Source of the DNA: Zygophlyctis sp. KS116
Lineage: Eukaryota > Fungi > Chytridiomycota
Assembly: GCA_054661495.1 (NCBI GenBank)
Contig: BAAFSQ010000128.1
Span: 1 to 28,026, forward strand
Length of the DNA stretch: 28,026 bases
Direction of reading: 5' to 3'
In this document: positions 1 to 10,771 of the stretch, in pieces
How positions within the stretch are numbered: position 1 is the first letter of the stretch
How the letters are laid out: every line of letters begins with the position of its first letter
Notes under the pieces: generated by a model
Told to the model about the DNA's origin: nothing
Seen by the model: the letters and a program-made list of their open reading frames with translations, nothing else
Database searches by the model: none
Program-made: the position numbers and the translations under genes

Positions 1-149
1 TGAATTTAGGAATTAATTAATAATCAGAAAATATATAAGAATAGAGGTTTGGTCTGAATGTTCTAAACATGTCCGAGAGTCAACTTAGGGCAATAGATTT
101 TGGGGCTCTGCTACAGCCAAAAAGAAATTGTTTTGTGATAATTTGAGGA

Positions 150-2601
150 ATGATTACAGCTCTAGCCTTGGAATGCAAAAAGCATTGGTACAATTCATTA
201 CTCAAAGGTCAAAATCCTTTAAGAAAAACATTATATTCGCAACAACACATGAAATTTAAAATGTTGAATGCATTGGAAATGGAGAGATTGGCCACTTTGA
301 GAGGCCTGAAAATAGCCAGTCATGGATTCTCAGACGGTAAAACTCTGAATAAATTTGGTGCTTTTGATTGGAAAAGTCAAAAATTAAACGTCAGAATGGA
401 GTCGAGCCAGTCTATTATTAAAGCCAATTCTCAAGATCAGTCGGTCAAGGATGCATCCAAAAGGTATTGACTGATTACTGAATGCTAGAGAGGAATATAA
501 TGGAAAATATTTTGTCTACTTGTTCATTTATAGATTTGCGTATCGGATTAAAAGTTACATATGGCGCAGGGCCAATGATGATGGAGTAATTGTCGGAATC
601 TATGATACAGAAGCCGATGCATTCGATATTGCACAGAAATTCTTGGAAGCATTTAAGGAAGAAGAAGACTATGATCTTGAAGAATCATCGAACATTGAAC
701 TGGGTTTGTTGAAAAGATGGTCATATGATAATATTCAAAGACAACGGATATTCATTTTGACTGTAGGCAAGTTTGGACATGGGATTGAAAACTTTCAATT
801 TCCTGATATATATCGATATGAAAAGTCGAAAGAAGATACGATTGACGATTTGCTGAAGGCTTATAGAACTAATCTTGTGGATGTAGGATCAACTGTGATA
901 TCTGATGATAAACCGATTGAGGATATGTCTATAAGGTATTAAGTGATTACTGAATGCTAGAATGAAACATCAAGGAAAATATTTTGTCTACGTGTACCTT
1001 GACGAATGTGCGTATCTGCTTAAAAGTGATTTAAGGGATCTGGCACGTGATGATGGATTGCTCGTTGGAAAATATGAAACAGAAGCTGATGCATTTGATA
1101 TTGCGATAAAATTTGTAGAAGCTTTCAACAAAGACGAAGAAAAATTGGAACTTGAAGAATCAGAGGACAACAGGATGGATATTTTGAAAAAATGGTCATA
1201 TTATGATCCTTTGGATGAAGTACATTTCATATTGATTGTTGGAAAGCTTGGACAAGGAATAAAAGAATATGTGTTTCCTGGTATAGATCGGTTTGAAGTA
1301 AAATGGCGTAATGATGGGATTAACGATTTGCTCCGCAGTTATCAAACTAACCTTGTGGAGAAGGGGTCAAATATAATATCTCTTCCGGTTCAGGATAAAT
1401 CTCTTAGGTAGTAAGTGGTTACTAAATGCTAGAGAGAAATATAATGGAAAATATTTTGTCTACCTGCACCTTAAGAAATGTGGATATCATATTAAGCCTA
1501 GCGTGTGGCATCTGGCCACTAAAGATGGAGTTATTGTTGGAATATATGAAACAGAAGCTGATGCATTTGATCTTGCGTACAAATTCGTAGAAGCATTTAA
1601 AGAAGAAGAAGAAGATTCGGATCTTGAGGAATCAGAGGACATAGGACTGGATATTTTGAAAAAATGGTCATATGACGAATGGTTTAGAACAGAAAAATTC
1701 ATACTGATTGTTGGAAAGTTTGGACAAGGGATAGAGCAATCTGTGTTTCCTGGTATATATCGATATGACAAGTGGAGAAAAAAACAAATTGACGAGTTGC
1801 TGAATGATTATACAACTAATCTTGTTGATAAGGGGTCACCTGTAATATCTTATGATCAACCGGTTAAGGATATATCTATAAGGTATGAAGTGATTATTGA
1901 ATACTAGAAAGAAACATAAAGGAAAATATTTTGTCTACTTGTATCTTTACAAATGCGCTTATAATATTAAAAGTGATTTACGGGAACTGGCAATGGATGA
2001 TGGAGTAATTGTCGGAATATATGAAAAGGAAGCTGATGCAATTCATATTGCGAAAAAATTCGTGGAAGCATTCAACGAAGAAAAAGACGAGGAAGACGAC
2101 GGCAAAGACGGCGAAGACGAAGACGAAGAAGGCAAATTGGGTACTAAAAAATCAGAATATCTAGAGAAAGATATTTCGAAAACATTCGTAGAAGCATTCG
2201 ACAAAGATCACCAACATGGTGACGACGAAAAAGAAAAACGGCATGTTAAAAAATCAGAATATCTAGAGAAAGATATTTCGAAAACATTCGTAGAAGCATT
2301 CGACGAAAAAGACGACGACGATGACGATGAAGAATACGATAAAGAATACGAAGAAGAAAAATCTGGTCTTAAACAATCACTTAATCTAGAAAAAGATATT
2401 TTGAAATGCTGGTATTATGAAGATATTCCTTCAAATGAAAAGTACAATGTGGTTGTTGGCAAACTTGGACCCTGGATAAAGGAGTATGTGTTTCCAGGTG
2501 AATGTTTGGGTTCAATTTGGCGTAAAAAGGGGATTGACGATTTGCTCCAAGAATATAAGACTAATATTGTGAATGTAGGATCAACCGTTACACAAGAGTG
2601 A
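150..2601 (+). CDS. Spliced tandem-domain protein of unknown function: N-terminal exon plus four ~150-aa repeats. Introns at 464-488, 936-960, 1408-1432 and 1883-1907.
   Basis: Four homologous 25-nt GT..AG introns (e.g. GTATTGACTGATTACTGAATGCTAG), all phase 2 within an Arg codon, join ORFs 150, 520, 962, 1503 and 1897 in frame. Repeat motif: GKYFVY..DDGVIVGIYETEADAFDIA.KFVEAF..DILKKWSY..IVGKLGQ..VFPG..IDDLL..Y.TNLV..GS. The true start codon is uncertain. Confidence 0.8.
2145..2304 (+). repeat. Internal direct repeat of ~58 bp with a 102-bp period, inside domain copy 4
   Basis: TAAAAAATCAGAATATCTAGAGAAAGATATTTCGAAAACATTCGTAGAAGCATTCGAC occurs at 2145 and 2247, encoding KKSEYLEKDISKTFVEAFD twice among acidic tracts. 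Confidence 0.9.
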
Positions 2602-2692
2602 AACAAGAATCACTAAATTCACTAGTATAGAACTTTACACAATTCTTTTTTATAAAACTAATTAATCGCTAATCAATCTTTTGAAAGATATT

Positions 2693-3142
2693 CATGTCCG
2701 AGCGTCAACTTAGGGCAATAGATTTTGGGGCTCTGCTACAAACAAAAAGAAATTGTTTTGTGATAATTTGAGGAATGATTACAGCTCTAGCCTTGGAATG
2801 CAAAAAGCATTGGTACAATTCATTACTCAAAGGTCAAAATCCTTTAAGAAAAACATTATATTCGCAACAACACATGAAATTTAAAATGTTGAATGCATTG
2901 GAAATGGAGAGATTGGCCACTTTGAGAGGCCTGAAAATAGCCAGTCATGGATTCTCAGACGGTAAAACTCTGAATAAATTTGGTGCTTTTGATTGGAAAA
3001 GTCAAAAATTAAACGTCAGAATGGAGTCGAGCCAGTCTATTATTAAAGCCAATTCTCAAGATCAGTCGGTCAAGGATGCATCCAAAAGGTATTGACTGAT
3101 TACTGAATGCTAGAGAGAAATATAATGGAAAATATTTTGTCT
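2693..3142 (+). repeat. Near-identical duplicate of 68-517
   Basis: Direct comparison from CATGTCCGAG through the first intron and GGAAAATATTTTGTCT shows only a few substitutions. Confidence 0.9.
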
Positions 3143-3558
3143 TTTTGTTCATTTATAGATGTGGATATTCGATTCAGTCTAACATATGGCATGCGGCCAA
3201 TGATGATGGAGTAATTGTCGGAATCTATGATACAGAAGCCGATGCATTCGATATTGCGCAGAAATTCTTGGAAGCATTTAAGGAAGAAGAGCAGTTAGAT
3301 GTTGAAGAAAGAAAATATGATTACTTGGGAAAGGATATTTTGAAAAGATGGTCGTATGATGATGATATGCGATACAAAGAGAAGTACATTGTGATTGTTG
3401 GCAAACTTGGACAAGAAGTAAAAGACTATGTGTTTCCCGGAACATATCTATGTGAAGGATGGAGAAAAGAGGGAATTGATGATTTACTCAAGGATTATAC
3501 AACTAATCTAGTGGATGTAGGATCAACTGTTACACGGGAGGAAGATGAGGAAGATTAA
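2775..3558 (+). CDS. Single-domain paralog of the 150-2601 gene; intron at 3089-3113
   Basis: The first exon translates identically to 150-470. The same 25-nt intron joins it in frame to ORF 3145-3558, which carries one copy of the repeat domain. Confidence 0.78.
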
Positions 3559-3702
3559 AGATTAATATCACTAAATTTACTGGAATGGGAAATTAGTCAA
3601 TGATTAACTGGAATAGAAATTTATGAAATTAACTTTTTCAATGTGACATTTTAATATATCAGCAAATCTTTGTACTGGTGGAGTTATTCTGTTATGAAAG
3701 AC

Positions 3703-3777
3703 TCCGAAACGTCGGAACCTTTTCAGCGGCTGTGCGTGGATGCTTGGAACGCGAAAAAGGGTCCGAAACATCGGAAC
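3703..3777 (+). promoter_or_regulatory. Two copies of TCCGAAACRTCGGAAC (CCG-N6-CGG), candidate Zn2Cys6 binding sites
   Basis: The 16-mers at 3703-3718 and 3762-3777 differ at one base and lie upstream of the likely ATG at 3808. Paired CGG triplets are the usual zinc-cluster recognition elements. Confidence 0.45.
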
Positions 3778-3807
3778 TTAAAACGCGATCAGCTTGTCCA
3801 TCGAATT

Positions 3808-5728
3808 ATGTTGTCCATCAATGCCGCTCCTACCAGCCACCAAGACTCAAGGGGTGATATTCGTCCGAAAGACAAACAGCGTAAAAGGGCTAAAACTGCA
3901 TGCGATGAGTGTCATAAGAAGCGAACCAAATGCGATGGTGGTTCTCCATGTGGACTATGTATCAAGAATATGACTTTTTGTACGACCTCTCGAAAGGTTG
4001 CTAAAAGAGGTCCTAAAGCAGGACATATTGAGCGTTTGGAGTCTCGGGTTAGAATTCTAGAGTCACTTTTGACGCCAGACCAATGGGCGGCTTTGGAACG
4101 GTTGGAAAATAGTAAATCGGACATGAATGCTAGCCAGATAGATGAGGTATTTTGCCTCAAATATCATTTAACTCTTAGTTATCAATGGCAGTGGAAAACG
4201 CTGATAATAACTTGAGATTGGACTTGATTTCTCTGTATTTCAATCATATACACCATAAAATTCCGTTTTTACATGAACATTCGTTTATGCAAAATGTTAG
4301 CTCACATCGGCCTTGTTTGCTAAATGTGATGTATGCTTTGGCCTCTATCTATCAGGAAAATGGGGCAATGGAAGATAGTACAAAGGCGGGAGATTTTTAC
4401 TATCATTTGGCTTCTGAAGAAGTAGTAGGAGCTTCAAATGATGTCACAGACTATCAAATTATTGGGGCTTGCATTTTGCTGTTCAAATATTCAAAAGGTA
4501 TGTTCTAATTAACTGATTCTGCTATCAAATGTAGCATAATTATACTTTTTCTTACATTTAGGTTCTGGACGTATCTCTGATGGTACTAAATTCTATTCTC
4601 AAGGCTGTAATTTGCTGTTAAAATCAAAATTTCATCTGGATCTTCTCTTTTATCCAGAAAGTAATAGTGTAAAGATCCCAGAAACTGAACGGGAGATTAG
4701 AAGACGTCTCTTTTGGATGTATTATGAATATGGGCTGTATGCAGCGTTTGTGTTGGTAATTTATTGTTTGTCATACTTAGGGTAAAACTCCATTATTGTC
4801 TGAAGATATTTATCGTGGAGCATTACCTATGGATGACGAGTCTTTCAATTTGGTAGCTACTCTAGAGCGAAAATATGGGACTTCATATTTCTCTAATGAA
4901 GCAAAGGAAGAGCCTCAGAATAAATCTTATCCTATCCCATTCCCATTAGAAGATTTGCAAGATACAGACGCATTGAATGACTCATTAGCTCATTTGATGC
5001 GGATCCTAAAGGTTTTTGAAAAGATAATGCAGTTCAATCACCGAGGCCCTGGATCTATGGACAACCCCAAATTAGAGCTTGATATCAAGACCTCGCTTCA
5101 TAATTGGAATAAATCTTTCAAAACTTGGGTAGTCAATAGTTCTCTTATATTCGGTGAAAATCTCAAAAAACCTTTCTCTCCATGGATGAGCACATTCTTG
5201 GAAATTATATATAATTTTTGCATAGTATGCTTTCATCGTCCTCAACTATTAAAGGCCTCTGAGCTTTATATTGGTGATAGATCTAAATTCAGTCATCCTT
5301 CGCAACCTATAATTGAAAGTGCTGCAAACGCTGTTTCAAGTGTTTTTCAGAAGTTTGATTTTTCATATTTTTACACGAATGCACCATCATTTACGCACAC
5401 AATTATATTTCAGCTCGGCCTTACTTATGGAATGCTTCTGTTCATAAACCCAGAGTCACCATATTCTACTAGATATTTTCGCGAGATCAATTCCTTTACA
5501 GCATCCCTCTCTCGAATTAGTAGATATTTTTCTCCTGCCCAGATCAAATGGAATGTTCTCAAGAACTTGGCGATCTCACTTCATCGAGAGAAAACTGATC
5601 ACGAGCAAAAAGCAGAAATTATGTTTTTCCGAGAAATTGCAATTGTAGGCCAGCCTCTAATTGGTCCGTATGTATCTCAGAAAGTAGCTATAGAGTACAC
5701 GAAATCTCGAAGTTTATATCGCATATAG
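3808..5728 (+). CDS. Zn(II)2Cys6 transcription factor with fungal-specific TF domain (copy 1). Introns at 4147-4178, 4498-4561 and 4756-4780.
   Basis: ACDECHKKRTKCDGGSPCGLCIKNMTFC zinc cluster. Exon 4562-4755, absent from the ORF track, encodes EREIRRRLFW. Introns of 32, 64 and 25 nt restore the frame. An upstream in-frame ATG exists, so the start is uncertain. Confidence 0.88.
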
Positions 5729-6023
5729 GCATAGTTGGCTTGTAAATCCTTGGATTTTCTGCTCTTTATCTGGAAAGTATTCCTGCATAGTGCTGCAAAA
5801 TATAGTCTTCTTTATTTATTATTCTATGAGAAAAAGTCCGCAATAGTTGTTATATTTTTGTATTGTAATATGCGTGTCCATGATCATAGATTCAGACATT
5901 AGATATTATATTTGGAACTCATTGGATAAAAAGTAAATAGAAAGTGCATTATTATATATATCTTGATTTCCAGCTCATTGCGTAATCATCAAAAATTTCC
6001 TGTAAATTTTCCGTAAGCGAACA

Positions 6024-7968
6024 ATGAATAAAAGAATTTCGTCAAAGTCAAGCCCGGGGGGAGCATCGGAGGGAAGAGAAGATGATAAGCAAAAGCGAAC
6101 CAGGATTGCATGCGATGAGTGTCATAAGAAGCGAACCAAATGCGATGGTGGTTCTCCATGTGGACTATGTATCAAGAATATGACTTTTTGTACGACCTCT
6201 CGAAAGGTTGCTAAAAGAGGTCCTAAAGCAGGACATATTGAGCGTTTGGAGTCTCGGGTTAGAATTCTAGAGTCACTTTTGACGCCAGACCAATGGGCGG
6301 CTTTGGAACGGTTGGAAAATAGTAAATCGGACATGAATGCTAGCCAGATAGATGAGGTATTTTGCCTCAAATATCATTTAACTCTTAGTTATCAATGGCA
6401 GTGGAAAACGCTGATAATAACTTGAGATTGGACTTGATTTCTCTGTATTTCAATCATATACACCATAAAATTCCGTTTTTACATGAACATTCGTTTATGC
6501 AAAATGTTAGCTCACATCGGCCTTGTTTGCTAAATGTGATGTATGCTTTGGCCTCTATCTATCAGGAAAATGGGGCAATGGAAGATAGTACAAAGGCGGG
6601 AGATTTTTACTATCATTTGGCTTCTGAAGAAGTAGTAGGAGCTTCAAATGATGTCACAGACTATCAAATTATTGGGGCTTGCATTTTGCTGTTCAAATAT
6701 TCAAAAGGTATGTTCTAATTAACTGATTCTGCTATCAAATGTAGCATAATTATACTTTTTCTTACATTTAGGTTCTGGACGTATCTCTGATGGTACTAAA
6801 TTCTATTCTCAAGGCTGTAATTTGCTGTTAAAATCAAAATTTCATCTGGATCTTCTCTTTTATCCAGAAAGTAATAGTGTAAAGATCCCAGAAACTGAAC
6901 GGGAGATTAGAAGACGTCTCTTTTGGATGTATTATGAATATGGGCTGTATGCAGCGTTTGTGTTGGTAATTTATTGTTTGTCATACTTAGGGTAAAACTC
7001 CATTATTGTCTGAAGATATTTATCGTGGAGCATTACCTATGGATGACGAGTCTTTCAATTTGGTAGCTACTCTAGAGCGAAAATATGGGACTTCATATTT
7101 CTCTAATGAAGCAAAGGAAGAGCCTCAGAATAAATCTTATCCCATCCCATTCCCATTAGAAGATTTGCGAGCTACTGACACATTGACTGGATCATTGGCT
7201 CATTTAATGCGGATCCTAAAGGTTTTTGAAAAGATATTACAGCTTAATCGATCAAATTCTGAAGAGGATGTTTCTGCGGAAAGCCTGGATTCTAAAAAAT
7301 TAGAATTTGAAATCAAACAATCACTTCAGAATTGGAATAATTCTTTTAAAGCATGGTTAGTCAACCATAATGTGCTGATTCTATCCGATAAGTCAAGCAT
7401 ACCTACATCTCCTTGGATGAGCACATTCTTGGAAATTGTGTATAATTTTTGTATTATTTGCTTTTATCGACCCCGGCTTTTGAAAGAGTTTGAACTTAAA
7501 AATGGCGATAGGTCTACATTCAGTAATACTTCTCACCCTATAATTGAAAATGCAGCAAATGCAGTTTCAAACGTTTTGCATAAGAATGATTTTGCATTCT
7601 TCTTTATAAACGCACCATCATTTACGCATACAATTATTTTTCATCTTGGACTTACCTATGGAATGCTCCTGTTTATCAATCCGGATTCTTCATATTCTAA
7701 TAGGTACAATCGGGAAATCAATTCTTGCATTGCTGCTCTTTCTAGTATTGGACGATACTTCTCTCCTACCAGAAACAAGTGGGATGTTCTTAGGAAATTG
7801 GCCAACTCATTTTACCGCAAGAAAACAGAAGAAGACATTAAAGCTGAATTTTCTCTGTTTAAAGAGAGTATTTTGTTTGGTTATCCTCTAGTTGATCCTT
7901 TTGTGTCTGAAAATCTAATGGAGGAATATGCAAAATCTAGAGAAATAATGGGCGAGACTCTAGCTTAG
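6024..7968 (+). CDS. Zn(II)2Cys6 transcription factor (copy 2, tandem paralog). Introns at 6357-6388, 6708-6771 and 6966-6990.
   Basis: Same architecture offset by 2210 bp, with an identical zinc cluster and middle region but a diverged N-terminus and C-terminal half. Confidence 0.9.
6107..7168 (+). repeat. ~1.06-kb essentially identical duplicate of 3897-4958, introns included
   Basis: Identity read by eye from TGCATGCGATGAG to GAAGATTTGC; one mismatch noticed (4933 vs 7143). Confidence 0.9.
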
Positions 7969-8118
7969 AAATGGCTAACTATTTCTTCAATCTAGTTTAT
8001 GAGAATAAATCTTTTGATAGTAGTTGAATTCTATTTTCAGTAATTATTGGACGGAAAGAGCGCCCTGATCAGCTTACGCCACCAATGATGCTATTATTAG
8101 ATTATTTATAAATTGAGA

Positions 8119-9155
8119 ATGAATCTGAAAAGCTTGGCACAGAATAAGTGGTCCAGTTTACAAACCAATTGGAAAAATTCTAGTCAATCTACAAAAAAGT
8201 CTGTATATGTGATGCTTGCAATATTAGGAGTGATTCTCATTATAGTGCCGACTGTGTGGTGGCAAAACACTCAAAAGGCAGAGAGTCGAATGAATGGATC
8301 TGCACATGAAAAGAGTGAAATTAGTGATGCTAATACTGATGTTATGATTATCGATGTTAAGTTGACCAGTATTAACACTGATGATTATACTTACAGCTTA
8401 CTGATGAAACTGAGACCGACAGGAGGACTAGCACAGATCAGAAGTAACCTCACAATGTTAAATGAATCAATCATTATATTTGTTAAGGGACAAGCTTATG
8501 ACTTTCAGCCCAATCGTCCGATCACAAGTATAGAACTCAAAACCAATTTTGCCTCCGGAACATCTAATAGTTATCCATTTGATGCTTATTTTGATGATTT
8601 AGATGTAACAACTGTAAGGCGAAGTTCTAATGTATTGAGTCTGATTCCAACAAAGGTAAATTATTTCGGAATGTTCAAAAACTATGATGCTAATTGTTAT
8701 TCAGAAAGAACTCAATCAAGGACCGTCTTTCATATATCACTGATGCGATCTGGAACAACTCAATTCTTTTCTGTGTGTATTCTGATCTTAATGTGGGCTC
8801 TTTCATTAACAATTTTAACTTTGGCTGTCACTATTTGGGTTCGTAAGCGGACTGTAGAGCCTCCGGTAATTTTTATATACGGGTTTCTAATATATAGACT
8901 ATCGCAGTTGCTGCAGGACTTTTGTTTGCAATTCCACAATTAAGAAACGTTCAACCAGGAATACCGTCAATTGGATGTGCTGTGGATGCAGTCGGATTCT
9001 TTTGGAATATGGCTTTGATTGCGGTTGCTCTTTTATTGCTAATGTGGAACTATATAATTCACAAGAAGGAAGCACGATCTGATGGACTTACGCCTTTAAC
9101 TCCTTCAATTCCCATGAATTATGGAAGAAAGGCTAGTTTGGAAGCTAAGCCATAG
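8119..9155 (+). CDS. DUF4436-like membrane protein; intron at 8866-8897
   Basis: N-terminal TM helix, YPFDAY motif and C-terminal TMs MWALSL...LLFAIPQLRNVQPGIPSIGCAVDAVGFFWNM, which I recognise as DUF4436-like. A 32-nt intron joins ORFs 8113 and 8922. Confidence 0.78.
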
Positions 9156-9197
9156 TCAGACAATTCGACACAAAAGAAACGAATCTTCAATTTTATA

Positions 9198-10670
9198 TTA
9201 TTCTAAAACCAATTTCTTGCATAATCTATCAGCATATTTTGAGAACTTTGCTTCGTCTTTTAATGAATCCAAGATAGCATCATAATCTGCTTGATATGAC
9301 ACGAAATTAGAATGAAATGGTGAATTCTTCAAAGAAGTAAATATTGAGCCTGCCATATATCTGCAAAAAGGAGAGAAAGGATCAGCATAAATATTATTTG
9401 GATTTGAATTTCTCATAAATGAGATAATACTAGCGATAGATCTGGCACATGAAATGCATGATTGAAAAATTTTGTTCTGAATTGGGGAAAAAACAGGAAA
9501 CTGACAGATTTCTGGAAATTCTCTTTCATATAGATAAAGATATGCACTGAAATACATCTGTTTTGTGAAAATAATCATCCAATTTTCTGGATCAGAAGTC
9601 TGCAGTGAGTCGATAGATATGTCAACATCCATAATTGAATCCTTTGCAACATTATGCCAATCCATCAACGAAGCCTCTAAAATAGTATTACTGTTTGGTC
9701 TATGTGCCTTCTTTGAGTCTGCAATTCTCCCATAAATAGCCATTAAAACTATCAGATGCCCTCTAGTAGACCTGTTTGTTTCTATACGACCATCATCAGT
9801 CAGCAAGTTAAACTTTGAGTCTGAAATAGGCAGTGGAACTGGATATGAATGAGCAGACATTTGAGAAGGTATATCAGACTGCATAATAATCATTTTTCTA
9901 TCAAGACAATAAATCGCCCACCATAACCTGGACCTAACCTCTCTTTCTCTTGATGAAATATGCTCTATTGCTGGCTTATGAAGCCCTAATATATATGCCT
10001 GTCTTATAACAAGCGTTTCAGAGATCGAAAGAGCAACTTCTGTCCCACGCACTGAATATTAATCAAAAATACAAAATTTACAAAAACAATAGTATGTCGT
10101 CAATAATTGCGTTAAACATGAAGTGATAGAAACATTTTCATCCATTTTCAACTTTGATTGACTTGATTTGAAGTAGTGATCTGTTAATGCAAAATCAAAA
10201 CTCTCTACAGTCTCTAATTGATAATAAAGAAGCCCAAGAGCGTACATGATGTACAAGAGCGATGGTGGTTGGTCCGAAATATTTGCCATGAACGTTCCAA
10301 CATGAAAAACTCCCAAATAACAGTTTACATAATTAAAAAAATATCCCAACAACAAACGATCCACAAGCAGAGACGGGGAGTCTTCTCTTTGGGAAGAAAT
10401 ATCCTTTAATTCATTCTCCAAGAGCCGCACTCTAGATTCCAGCAGTGGTACATACCCCTTCTTCATTCCTGGTCTTGATGCAGGTCTATCATACTTGCAT
10501 TCTCTATTCCCATCCAAACATTGTGAGCATTTTGGCTTGTTCATGTCACATTTCACCTTCTGCACTATTAGTTTGGAATGTACCTTTTTCCAGCATTCGT
10601 CGCAAGCTCTCTTCAATTTAACAGTAGTCAATGGATGATTGGAAGCTGGGGATTCAGTCCCAGAATCCAT
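9198..10670 (-). CDS. Zn(II)2Cys6 transcription factor with fungal-specific TF domain. Introns at 10560-10583 and 10052-10081.
   Basis: Removing the 24-nt intron gives the canonical ACDECWKKKVKCDMNKPKCSQCLDGNREC. EREVRSRLWWAIYCLDR motif is present. A 30-nt intron joins the two ORFs. Confidence 0.9.
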
Positions 10671-10771
10671 GAAGCAAGTTTACAATGAGGCGGAACCGGG
10701 AAAGTTGGCGTCATAAGGTCATGAGGCGTTGCAAATCCAGCCACTCTGACCGAAAAAATTCATTATTAAAG

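Noticed and set aside
69-159. Upstream ATG at 69 with a possible 25-nt intron at 135-159
   Set aside because: That splice leads straight to a stop in the ATG-69 frame, so the gene's 5' end remains unresolved.
150-2601. Five separate small genes in an operon, or stop-codon readthrough/alternative genetic code
   Set aside because: Adjacent ORFs are in different frames and are joined exactly by homologous 25-nt GT-AG introns. Conserved genes here end in standard stops.
464-3113. Recurring ~50-bp motif (intron plus GGAAAATATTTTGTCTAC) as a CRISPR repeat or integron attC-like cassette site
   Set aside because: The spacers are ~450-bp homologous exons, the context is eukaryotic, and the repeat is explained by duplicated splice junctions.
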